In this document: positions 1-8,028 of the stretch, in pieces
Position numbering within the stretch: the first letter of the stretch is position 1
How the letters are laid out: every line of letters begins with the position of its first letter
Assembly: GCA_043827405.1 (NCBI GenBank)
Contig: JBDRPD010000024.1
Location: 1-49,892 of the forward strand
DNA: 49,892 nucleotides
Direction of reading: 5' to 3'
DNA from: Elusimicrobiota bacterium
GTDB lineage: Bacteria > Elusimicrobiota > Elusimicrobia > UBA1565
Translations under genes and position numbers: made by a program
The notes under the pieces: generated by a model
Told to the model about the DNA's origin: nothing
Seen by the model: the letters and a program-made list of their open reading frames with translations, nothing else
The model's database searches: none

Positions 1-1432
1 GGCGGCGTCCCGATAGCTGGAGAAATTTAAAAAGCGTAACCTCTGGTTGATGAAATCAACTTAGGCCAGTTAGAGCTGGCCGACACCGAGAGGTTACGCT
101 TAATGAATGGTACCAAAGTCGTTGCCGTCCGACAATCGAAGTCCGCGCTCCAGGTCCCGATGGGACGTGACGCGCTCACCGAAGCCCTCCGCGGCCGTAT
201 CCGTGGATTCCTGAACGACCTCCTCAGCGAAGAAGCCGACGCTTTTCTAGGAGCCGGCTCCTATCAACGGAGCGATTCACGTCGAGGCTATCGCCATGGC
301 AGCGTGCGGCGCGAGATCACGACATCCTTCGGAAAGACGCCCTTTGATCGCCCTCGCGCGAAGCTATTCGCCGAAGACGGCCATCTTGCCGAATGGCGAT
401 CCACGATGCTGCCGCGATATAGCCGGCGTTGCCGGGACGTGGACGCAGCCCTGCTAGGACTTTACTTCGGTGGGGTGAACACCCGGAAGGTGAAGCAGGC
501 GATCAGACCCCTTCTAAAGGGTTCTCCTCTCTCGAGTTCCACGATTTCGCGGCTCATCGTGAAGATCGAGGGATATTTCCAAGCATGGCAGTGCCGAAGT
601 CTGGTCGAGGAGGACATTCGCTACCTGTACTTGGATGGGATTTACGTTCGGGTGCGTTGCGGCCGGAAGGTGTCGAAGTTGCCGATGCTGGTAGCGGTGG
701 GCGTACGTGCGACGGGCGAGAAGATCCTCCTGGCGATGGAGACACGCGGTGAGGAAAGCGAGGAGGCATGGAAAGGGATGCTGCAAGGGCTCGCGGACCG
801 GGGCCTGAAGCGGCCCTTGCTGGCGATCGTGGACGGCAATCGCGGCTTGGCGAACGCGCTGGATTCGGTGTGGCCGAAAATGGATCGGCAGCGCTGTATC
901 ATTCACAAGCTGCGCAATCTTCAGTCGCATGCGCCCCGGCGCCTCTACGATGAGCTCAAGGAAGACTTCCATAGGATCGTCTACGCCGACGACATGGCTT
1001 CGGGCAAGGAGTTCTATGATCGTTTCTTGCGCAAGTGGAAGAAGCAATGGACGCCGGTGGCGCGCTCGCTGGAGGAGGCTGGACCGGAACTCCTGGCTTT
1101 CTATCGATACCCGCAGAGCCAGTGGAAGTCTTTAAGAACAACGAACGCCGTGGAGCGGCTCAACGAGGAGTTCCGGCGACGCATGAAGACGCAGGGATCA
1201 TTCCCAAGCGAGTCCTCCGTGCTCGTCGTTTTGTTCGGGCTCGTAGCGTCGGGGATGGTGCGGCTACGGAAGATTCCGGGCTACTACGACATGCCGCCAA
1301 GGAGTCCGGAGGCGTTGGAGCGATCAGTTTGAAGCAAGAGGGATAAAGCGAAAGGAGAACGAAAAAGCTAGAATGAAATTCCTCAACCGAGAGCTACGCT
1401 AAACGAATTTCTCCACGAATCGGGACGCGGCC
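1..1432 (+). mobile_element. IS256-family insertion sequence, complete
   Basis: Terminal inverted repeats 1-27 (GGCGGCGTCCCGATAGCTGGAGAAATT) and 1406-1432 match at 23/27 and enclose a single DDE transposase. The left flank is outside the window, so the target duplication cannot be checked. Confidence 0.93.
103..1332 (+). CDS. IS256-family (Mutator-type) DDE transposase
   Basis: 409 aa with YLYLDG, AIVDG..GL, QRCIIHKLRN and RTTNAVERLNEEFRRR motifs typical of IS256 transposases. Confidence 0.95.
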   Translation: MNGTKVVAVRQSKSALQVPMGRDALTEALRGRIRGFLNDLLSEEADAFLGAGSYQRSDSRRGYRHGSVRREITTSFGKTPFDRPRAKLFAEDGHLAEWRSTMLPRYSRRCRDVDAALLGLYFGGVNTRKVKQAIRPLLKGSPLSSSTISRLIVKIEGYFQAWQCRSLVEEDIRYLYLDGIYVRVRCGRKVSKLPMLVAVGVRATGEKILLAMETRGEESEEAWKGMLQGLADRGLKRPLLAIVDGNRGLANALDSVWPKMDRQRCIIHKLRNLQSHAPRRLYDELKEDFHRIVYADDMASGKEFYDRFLRKWKKQWTPVARSLEEAGPELLAFYRYPQSQWKSLRTTNAVERLNEEFRRRMKTQGSFPSESSVLVVLFGLVASGMVRLRKIPGYYDMPPRSPEALERSV

Positions 1433-1446
1433 TGGACACGTCGCCA

Positions 1447-2403
1447 CTATTCAATAATTGTTGCCTCAATCCGGTTCTTTAATTTTATTCGTAGATCTGC
1501 TGGACTCTTCCAGACAATGTGATTATATTGACGCGTGTCAAAATGTGCGTCGTCCAAGTCGGAGTCTTTACACGTAAATATCACGGGGCGACCTAATCCT
1601 AAAGAAAACCCCGCTTCGAAGTAAACCCCATGGCGATGCATGGAGAAGTCGGCCACTAGAAATCTACTTCTCTTTATCTCCCCGATTATGCGGTCACAAA
1701 TCTTTTCATTGTGCTCTTTGAGGTCAATTCTTAGCGGATTGTATCCAGCATCCTTAATCCCTTGAGAAAAACCTTTCTCCCAAGCCTCGTATAGTGTCGC
1801 GTCAAATGACATCGCAACAAATACTTGTTTGCTTTGCGATCCCAGCGCACCACGCTGAATCTCAATTATCCGACTGAGCCCTTTCGCCGTTAGATTTAGA
1901 TGGCAAGGGAGCGCCCCTTTGTAGTGATCGATATATCCACTTATATGTAATTGATTGAGGATGAAATGCATCTCCTGAGAGTTTATTGCATAAAGGATAG
2001 GGTGATCCTTGATGCGGATTTCAAGTTTATCACCAAGATGCTTTGTTAGATAATTTAAGTTCAATAATGCTCTGTCTAACCTATCAGCCAAGGACTGCGG
2101 TGAGAACATTGAGAGGATCGCATCGATGCCAATGCAGTTCTTCTTCGATTGGGTGCTAGCGACTTTTTGACTAGATAATATTCGAGGGCAATGTAGTTCC
2201 TGAATCAAGAGTTTTTTGACATATGCAGAAAGCATCGCACGATCCTCGGCGGTGAGACCAGAGATTCTATCAACAGCTTCTTCTGTGATTTCATACTTAC
2301 CACAATAGCTGCAATCAACGAACAAAACCTCGCCGAAGCTGCCATGAACGTCGTGCTCATTCAACGGTTCGTGGCAGAAATAGCAGGGATGTCGGTCTCC
2401 CAT
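1447..2403 (-). CDS. Zn-ribbon + nucleoside 2-deoxyribosyltransferase/TIR-like domain protein, putative defence effector
   Basis: N-terminal CYFC and CSYC pairs. C-terminal VFVAMSF...IIGEIKRSRFLVADFS..RHGVYFEAGFSLGLGRPVI...FDTRQYNHIVW is typical of the NDT-like fold with conserved Glu. Confidence 0.75.
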   Translation of the reverse strand: MGDRHPCYFCHEPLNEHDVHGSFGEVLFVDCSYCGKYEITEEAVDRISGLTAEDRAMLSAYVKKLLIQELHCPRILSSQKVASTQSKKNCIGIDAILSMFSPQSLADRLDRALLNLNYLTKHLGDKLEIRIKDHPILYAINSQEMHFILNQLHISGYIDHYKGALPCHLNLTAKGLSRIIEIQRGALGSQSKQVFVAMSFDATLYEAWEKGFSQGIKDAGYNPLRIDLKEHNEKICDRIIGEIKRSRFLVADFSMHRHGVYFEAGFSLGLGRPVIFTCKDSDLDDAHFDTRQYNHIVWKSPADLRIKLKNRIEATIIE

Positions 2404-2580
2404 GGTCGCGCTCCTAAAGGTTAATGGTTGTCCTGGAATATGCTACTTCGAAAAAAGGGGGCCATGGGGCTGCTTTCGAAAGATTCGGCACAGTATCGCA
2501 GTGGATCATTTGGAGCCTTTTCGACTTGTAACGGAGAGAAGCCAAGAGAGTATGCGAGCGAGTTCTTCGGGAACAAATCA

Positions 2581-3555
2581 CTAACTCTGCGCTGGTCCCT
2601 CTCGCGAGACGGCCACCCGGATCAATTCTGCCTCTGAGATTTCGAGCGTTTTGAGTGCCCCGCGCTTTGAAGCAGATGCTTGGTCTTCGCATAGATCAAT
2701 TACGAGCATGAAGATCGTCTTGTTGTTGTAGGTGATGCATGGCACGGACTGCTCTTGGCCGGCGAACGGGAAGCGAATTCCCTCCGGGCAGAACTTGAAG
2801 ACAACCAAGTACCCAAAGGGCTCATTGTAGTCGACGGTGTATGCATAGATTTGGTTGAAGGCGTTGATGAGATAGCTCTTCCCCTTCTCTAAGGTGAAGA
2901 TCTTGGCATCAGCGACAAGACGCTCTGGCCCTGTCTGAGCTCCAACCAGATCTGCATTCCCGGACGCTGATTTTGGTTCGATTGAGAACTCAATGCCTTG
3001 CACGAAGAGAAACTCATAAAGATTCCGGGTGAGATTCTTCTCACCCCTTTTAGTATCAGCCTTCCATAGGGCGACCAATTGCTCCCGCCGGAACCATTCA
3101 CACCGGTGTTTGTAGCGCTTGAGTTGGGCTAGAACTGCTCGCTGGTCATCGAGTTGCTCATCAACATAGTCGTATAGAGTCTCCAGGAAGATAGAGCGAA
3201 AGGAGTCGAGGCTCTCGTTGTGGTTCGATGCGTTGCAATACTGTCGTCCCAAAGTTACTTCAACTTTGTCGGATGCGCCCAGGCATTTCTTAATAACGAA
3301 GTAAGAGACAACAACATTTTCGAGCTCCGTCTCAAATACAAGTGCTTGGCCTTTGAGTATCTTGTCAGCTTCGGCTTCCATTTCGGGCTTCTTCTTAGCT
3401 AATTCATCCAGGAGGGATGCAAGAATGGAATTTCCCTGAAAGAATCCCCAATATTGCTTAAGGCCATAGTGGAAAAGCTGAAATTCGAGCGAGTTTAGGC
3501 GTCGTGTGCGCTTCTGAAGTTTATAGCGCAGGCTCTGGATCAACTCGTTGTTCAT
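2581..3555 (-). CDS. Putative PD-(D/E)xK nuclease-fold protein
   Basis: 324 aa. C-terminal half has E..SG.ADL...LVADAK followed by NQIYAY (QxxxY) and GYLVVF; N-terminal half is helical. Confidence 0.6.
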   Translation of the reverse strand: MNNELIQSLRYKLQKRTRRLNSLEFQLFHYGLKQYWGFFQGNSILASLLDELAKKKPEMEAEADKILKGQALVFETELENVVVSYFVIKKCLGASDKVEVTLGRQYCNASNHNESLDSFRSIFLETLYDYVDEQLDDQRAVLAQLKRYKHRCEWFRREQLVALWKADTKRGEKNLTRNLYEFLFVQGIEFSIEPKSASGNADLVGAQTGPERLVADAKIFTLEKGKSYLINAFNQIYAYTVDYNEPFGYLVVFKFCPEGIRFPFAGQEQSVPCITYNNKTIFMLVIDLCEDQASASKRGALKTLEISEAELIRVAVSREGPAQS

Positions 3556-3562
3556 GGGAGTC

Positions 3563-3799
3563 CTATAGCCGGATGTTAATGTTCATTCCTTTGAGCGAAT
3601 TACGAAGCGTGTCCATGGCCTGCTTAAATCGTTGGATTGCCTTTCGGCATTCGTTCATGTGGTCATCAAGCTGAATGTTGCATTTGCAACCGCGACAGAT
3701 CACGACATCCCGCAACCTGGCTTGTCTCAAGTAGATTGGGTTATAGAAACCACAGTCGGGACATGGAACCTCGACGGTGTGTTTATCGAGGTCAATCAT
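3563..3799 (-). CDS. Small Zn-ribbon + coiled-coil protein (78 aa)
   Basis: MIDLDKHTVEVPCPDCG...VICRGCK; stop codon lies 7 bp before the start of the nuclease gene. Confidence 0.65.
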   Translation of the reverse strand: MIDLDKHTVEVPCPDCGFYNPIYLRQARLRDVVICRGCKCNIQLDDHMNECRKAIQRFKQAMDTLRNSLKGMNINIRL

Positions 3800-3946
3800 T
3801 TTGGGGTCTTGGCAGTATGGGGTGAGAAACGACGCGCATATTAGAACCAATGGCACATGAAGTCCCCACGAATGCAGCTGGAGCGAGACAAGACATATCT
3901 AGAGTTTAGCGCGATTCAAGCGGGAGTGCTAGGGGTGAGAGGCACC

Positions 3947-3982
3947 AAAAAAGTTCGCCTTTTAGACGAAAGACGAACTTTT
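3947..3982 (-). terminator. Possible intrinsic terminator downstream of the excisionase-like gene
   Basis: Inverted repeat 3949-3962/3969-3982 with a G-U pair on the minus strand, ending in a U run. Confidence 0.4.
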
Positions 3983-4043
3983 CCCCGCGAGGTTCCCTGG
4001 AGTATTTTTGGCGAAAGAATTACTAGAAACGTCTTCCAAATGG

Positions 4044-4250
4044 CTAACTCAAGTTCACATCCACCCGCCGCGCGGTCCTTCCGGACGTCTCCCTCTTATC
4101 CAGCCATTCCGTGATCGTGGCCGGGCGAAATCGCACCAAACTTCCAAGCTTGACCACCGGAATATAGCGCTCATGGACCCACTGATAGACCGTCCTAGGC
4201 TTAACCTGAAGCCTCTCGGCGAGCTGTTCCACGGTCATCAGACGGTCCAC
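4044..4250 (-). CDS. Excisionase-like HTH DNA-binding protein
   Basis: LMTVEQLAERLQVKPRTVYQWVHERYIPVVKLGSLVRF is an Xis/HTH_17-type motif; GTG start preceded by GGGGGTGAG. Confidence 0.85.
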   Translation of the reverse strand: MDRLMTVEQLAERLQVKPRTVYQWVHERYIPVVKLGSLVRFRPATITEWLDKRETSGRTARRVDVNLS

Positions 4251-4257
4251 TAGAAGC

Positions 4258-5118
4258 TCACCCCCGCGCCCGTCCGGCCTTCCGGAATTTCGCCTCGCCA
4301 AGCCGCATCGTATCGCCCCAGGCATTCTTAAAGGGCGCGCGAGCAGGGTCCGTCTGGAACTCCTCAAGATCGCAGGCGTACATGAAAGCCGCTTTCGTTT
4401 TCTTGGCCGCTTGGAAAAACTCCCCCATCAGGGCCGGGAATTGGAGCAGGTATAGCATCATAGCCCCCTCCCGCTCCCTCTTGAGCAGCCGGGGCGCCAG
4501 CTTGTAGTGATCCACCACGACAAAGTCCCACAGAGGGCTGAATTTCACGCGCAGGTCCACCGGACTCTCCCGTATCTCCCGCTCGCTCAAACCTTGCGCT
4601 CTCCCCTCCCATTCCAACTCGTGACGGCTGAAGACCGGCAGCTTGAGATGCCGGGAAACGGCCAACCCCATTCCGTTAATAAGCGTGTAGCGCGGTATCA
4701 CGCGAGTCGACCATCTGCGGCGCAAGCCCACGCCCAACAAGCGCCCCGCGCACTTTAGGACCGTCTGTCCGGGACGCCTTAGAGCGTAGGCTTTAGGCAG
4801 CGGGTGAGAGAGCCTATGGGAGTGACATCCCGCAATCAAGCCCGCCTGTTCGAGGCGGTTGAGCCGCTTGTAGCCGTAGCCGTCATAGGCGCTTTCGGGG
4901 TACTCATTGCGGTATAGTCGCAGCCTTTCTTCGTCGCTTAGATCCGGCCGGAACAGCATGGCATCCAGCTGGCCGAATCCAAGTGCGCCCCACTTTTCTA
5001 GCGCGGACAATATCTCCAAATCACGTGCTCTCGGCCGGATTTTTTGAGTCCTTTCCGTTGGCCTTTTGTCGTTGGTTGTTGTTCTGTTTTTTATATTCTG
5101 AACTTTAATTTGTACCAT
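4258..5118 (-). CDS. Replication-relaxation-family-like protein (N-terminal winged HTH)
   Basis: RDLEILSAL...LGFGQL...YKRLNRLEQAGLI...YAL resembles the Replic_Relax N-terminus. The C-terminal part is divergent and the start is uncertain. Confidence 0.5.
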   Translation of the reverse strand: MVQIKVQNIKNRTTTNDKRPTERTQKIRPRARDLEILSALEKWGALGFGQLDAMLFRPDLSDEERLRLYRNEYPESAYDGYGYKRLNRLEQAGLIAGCHSHRLSHPLPKAYALRRPGQTVLKCAGRLLGVGLRRRWSTRVIPRYTLINGMGLAVSRHLKLPVFSRHELEWEGRAQGLSEREIRESPVDLRVKFSPLWDFVVVDHYKLAPRLLKREREGAMMLYLLQFPALMGEFFQAAKKTKAAFMYACDLEEFQTDPARAPFKNAWGDTMRLGEAKFRKAGRARG

Positions 5119-5138
5119 CTCAATTCGTTAACCGACCC

Positions 5139-5234
5139 CCGCACCCGCCGTCTTCCCGACCACACTCTCACTACTGGTTGGGAGAGCGTGGTCGGGAAGC
5201 GATACGGGCATAGCCCGGATCGAGGCGGGTGCGG
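5139..5234 (-). ncRNA. Predicted three-way-junction structured element of unknown class
   Basis: Outer 11-bp stem 5139-5149/5224-5234 encloses an ~18-bp hairpin (5152-5199) and a hairpin at 5200-5222. Confidence 0.45.
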
Positions 5235-5293
5235 ATTAAGTAATAAAAATCGAAGCTTCTCGGCGCATCGGTCCGGCGCGAAGTGTCCGCCAG

Positions 5294-5315
5294 CCCCTCT
5301 AATTCATTAGAGGGG
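5294..5315. promoter_or_regulatory. Perfect palindrome, candidate operator
   Basis: CCCCTCTAAT-tc-ATTAGAGGGG, 10-bp arms, intergenic. Confidence 0.4.
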
Positions 5316-5352
5316 TGTGCCATACGATCCGTCACTTTCCAACTTCCAGGGA

Positions 5353-6135
5353 TCATCCTTTTCCGGACGCCTTTTCCGCGAAATCACGAGCCTGCCGGGC
5401 CAGCATCTTGTTCCGTATCCGCTGGGCGAAGCGCTGCCGCCAGGCGAGATCCTGGAAGTCTTGGGCGGCTTCTCGCCGCACGAAATCCTGACGTTTGCCG
5501 GACTTAACCCAGCCCTTTATCTCGTCCAGCCGGGACAGGATCAGCTTCTCTTCAAGGTCCCGCAGACCGTCTTTTTCCTCCGTTGCGGCGGCCAAAGCTT
5601 GGTCCGAAGGCAGTACGTCTTCCAGCATGGCGTCGCAGGCCTTGGCCATGAAAATGTCCTTGGGCTCGAAGCCGTTGGGGAGCATCTTGGCCGCGTCCAA
5701 GAGCTGTTCCGTGGTCAGTTTCCGGGACGTTATGACGTGAAATAGATCGCCCGGGAAGTGCTCCAGAATCCGTTGGATGGTCTTTAAAGGGAAGTGATAG
5801 CCGTAGCGCAGCGTCAGGATAACGGCCACCTGCTCGAAGTGATCGGGGTACACGTACAGCTCCGTCCGCCCCTCTTTCTCGACCGTCGGCGCGATCAGTT
5901 TGAGGGTCGGCGAAGCCCATGCCTTGAGCAGGCGCGGGCTCATCTTGAAGTCCGCCAAAGCTTCCACTAGATCGGCGAATAGAGGAGCCGGGACCAGCAT
6001 CCGAAAGGGGTCGCTTTCCCCCCCTTCCTTGCGCTTTATGTTCTCGTCCGCGTAGTATTTCAGCGCGTCCTTGCGCTCGCAGATAGGCAGGTCTCGCAGT
6101 TCGTCTTCCAGCGGGAAATTTTTTGATTTTGCCAT
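5353..6135 (-). CDS. MerR-like HTH domain protein
   Basis: MSPRLLKAWAS..LKLIAP....GRTELYVY......VILTLRYGYHFPLKTIQRIL follows the MerR HTH pattern. Confidence 0.55.
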   Translation of the reverse strand: MAKSKNFPLEDELRDLPICERKDALKYYADENIKRKEGGESDPFRMLVPAPLFADLVEALADFKMSPRLLKAWASPTLKLIAPTVEKEGRTELYVYPDHFEQVAVILTLRYGYHFPLKTIQRILEHFPGDLFHVITSRKLTTEQLLDAAKMLPNGFEPKDIFMAKACDAMLEDVLPSDQALAAATEEKDGLRDLEEKLILSRLDEIKGWVKSGKRQDFVRREAAQDFQDLAWRQRFAQRIRNKMLARQARDFAEKASGKG

Positions 6136-6278
6136 AGCTAATTATAGATTTCTTCGAGTGTCTGCGAGACGGATTCCTGCGTCGCTATCTGAAATAATCC
6201 GATACGTTTTTATGGAGGGACGTCAGGCTACTTGAGGGGTACTTGGGCAAGGTAGACGGGGGCATCCCCCGGTCCGGT

Positions 6279-7190
6279 TTATGCCCAAGGGCCTGGAGCG
6301 TTCCACTTCATCCCGTCGACCTTGCCCTTTAGGACGGCCGTGGCGATCGGAGGCAGGAACCGACGCAGGGCCCCCACGACTTCTTTAAGTTCCTTGGGGG
6401 CGGTATCAATCTTCGTCCGCCGAATGAAAGCCCGCCATTGGACGATCTTCCCCGCGTCACTGGTAAACTCGTCTGTGAGCGCGACGGGATGCGCTTCAAG
6501 CTTTGTCTTTCGGTTAGCGAAGGTTTTTTTGATCGCTTCGCCGAGGATTTTCCCATCGAAGTTGAACTGCTCGGACAGCAGCCAGATGTCATAGAAGTCC
6601 TTCATGCGGCTGTTGAGAAGCCCAAGTTGGGTCATGGCCTCGAACTTTTCTGCGATAACCGTCTCGCGGGGATAGCCGCGAAGCTTCGGCGCGGGCATGT
6701 CCAGGAAGGTCGGGTAGTCGATCTCGCGAGGCTTGGGTGAGACCGTGTCGCCGAATCCGAAATCGATCTGCATCGCGGCCTTGGCCTGGCCGAGCTTGCC
6801 GGTAAAGGTCACTCGCACGCCCTCGTAATCAGCGTCCTCCTTGATGCGCTTACCTTTGACGCTGCCTTCGAGGAAGCTCATTCCGTCGGCCTCGACCTCG
6901 ATTGCGCAGACCTCCTTGACCATGGTGACTAGATTCTCCACAGTGTTGTTGGTCCGGCCCAGGAGGTCGATGTCCCGCGTGGCCCGCGAGCGCGGAGCCT
7001 TCCAGACGACGAACATCAATGCCCCCTTGAGCACGACCTTGTCCTTGTATTTCGAGCGGCTCAGGCGGTAGAGAAAGCGCTCCATCGCGAAGTACTGGAG
7101 GAGTTCGTCGAACGGCCGGGAACTCTCGCGGGCAAGGTTGAGCAGGCGCTGACGGGCCGAGGCCGCGACATTTTTGATGGGCTTATTCAC
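6279..7190 (-). CDS. abiEii: Type IV TA toxin, AbiEii/AbiGii nucleotidyltransferase
   Basis: VLKGA, RATRDIDL, AEKFEA and SRMKDFYDI motifs; GTG start overlaps the abiEi TGA. Confidence 0.92.
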   Translation of the reverse strand: MNKPIKNVAASARQRLLNLARESSRPFDELLQYFAMERFLYRLSRSKYKDKVVLKGALMFVVWKAPRSRATRDIDLLGRTNNTVENLVTMVKEVCAIEVEADGMSFLEGSVKGKRIKEDADYEGVRVTFTGKLGQAKAAMQIDFGFGDTVSPKPREIDYPTFLDMPAPKLRGYPRETVIAEKFEAMTQLGLLNSRMKDFYDIWLLSEQFNFDGKILGEAIKKTFANRKTKLEAHPVALTDEFTSDAGKIVQWRAFIRRTKIDTAPKELKEVVGALRRFLPPIATAVLKGKVDGMKWNAPGPWA

Positions 7191-7795
7191 AGCAGGGCTT
7201 CGAGATAGGGTTTCATAACGCGTCCGACACGGCAAATCTTCGCATATTTGAGCAGAGCGTCCGGCTTGGAGCGTTTCCTCTCCCGGCAGAGCTTGAGCGC
7301 TTCGATGGCTACATCCAGGCCGATGCGGTTGCGGAACTTGAAGCAGTCGGCGACGGTCTTCTCCGGGGAATAGACTCGGAGTTCGACCCCATCGACCTTA
7401 TGGATATCGATCCCCTCGCTTTGGGCTTTGCCTGAGAGCCAGACGCAGCGAAGCGGCGGAAAATCGAGCCGGGGCTTCTCCGCGCCCTTCGCCAGAGCCA
7501 CATGAACCTCGTGCGGGACCTGGGTCGTGATTTCATGGAAAGCGAGAGCCGAGATTAGACAGATTACGCCCTGCGGTACGCGGAGCGCGACCGTGGCCAG
7601 GTCCGGCTTGGAGAAAGGCGGCAGTCCGGCCAGGCGGTAGAGCCCGCGGCTTACGGGCTCGATCATTCCCATCTCCCGCATGCCGTAGAGGTTGCGGGGA
7701 TGGATGCCGAGCTCAAGAGCTTGGGAGGTCCTTAGGAGGCCTCCGTGTGCTTTGAAGATCTTCAGCTCTCGCTGATATGGGGTAGATGATGCCAT
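7187..7795 (-). CDS. abiEi: Type IV TA antitoxin, AbiEi family
   Basis: N-terminal wHTH (VSRGLYRL), ICLISALAFHEITTQVP, YSPEKTVADCFKFRN. Confidence 0.92.
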   Translation of the reverse strand: MASSTPYQRELKIFKAHGGLLRTSQALELGIHPRNLYGMREMGMIEPVSRGLYRLAGLPPFSKPDLATVALRVPQGVICLISALAFHEITTQVPHEVHVALAKGAEKPRLDFPPLRCVWLSGKAQSEGIDIHKVDGVELRVYSPEKTVADCFKFRNRIGLDVAIEALKLCRERKRSKPDALLKYAKICRVGRVMKPYLEALL

Positions 7796-7861
7796 GGATA
7801 AATATACCGATACTTATATATATCTATAGGTAATATTATCCCGAAAAGCATGGATTGTCAA
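7796..7861 (-). promoter_or_regulatory. Sigma70 promoter and inverted-repeat operator of abiE
   Basis: TTGACA (7861-7856), 17 bp, TAATAT (7838-7833). Imperfect inverted repeat GGATAAATATACC/GGTAATATTATCC (7796-7841) overlaps the -10, as expected for AbiEi autoregulation. Confidence 0.6.
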
Positions 7862-8028
7862 TGCCTTTTTGACATCATAATCCAATCCGCCTGGCAGGCC
7901 CCCCCCAACAGGGCTTAAAATTGCTGCCCGGAAATGTCCACTCCATTTGGCTCCAACGCCTGAGATGATGATAAACTACTATGTAACTAATACTGTCAGA
8001 TTAGTCTGGCTACGTGGGGGCAGCAAAG

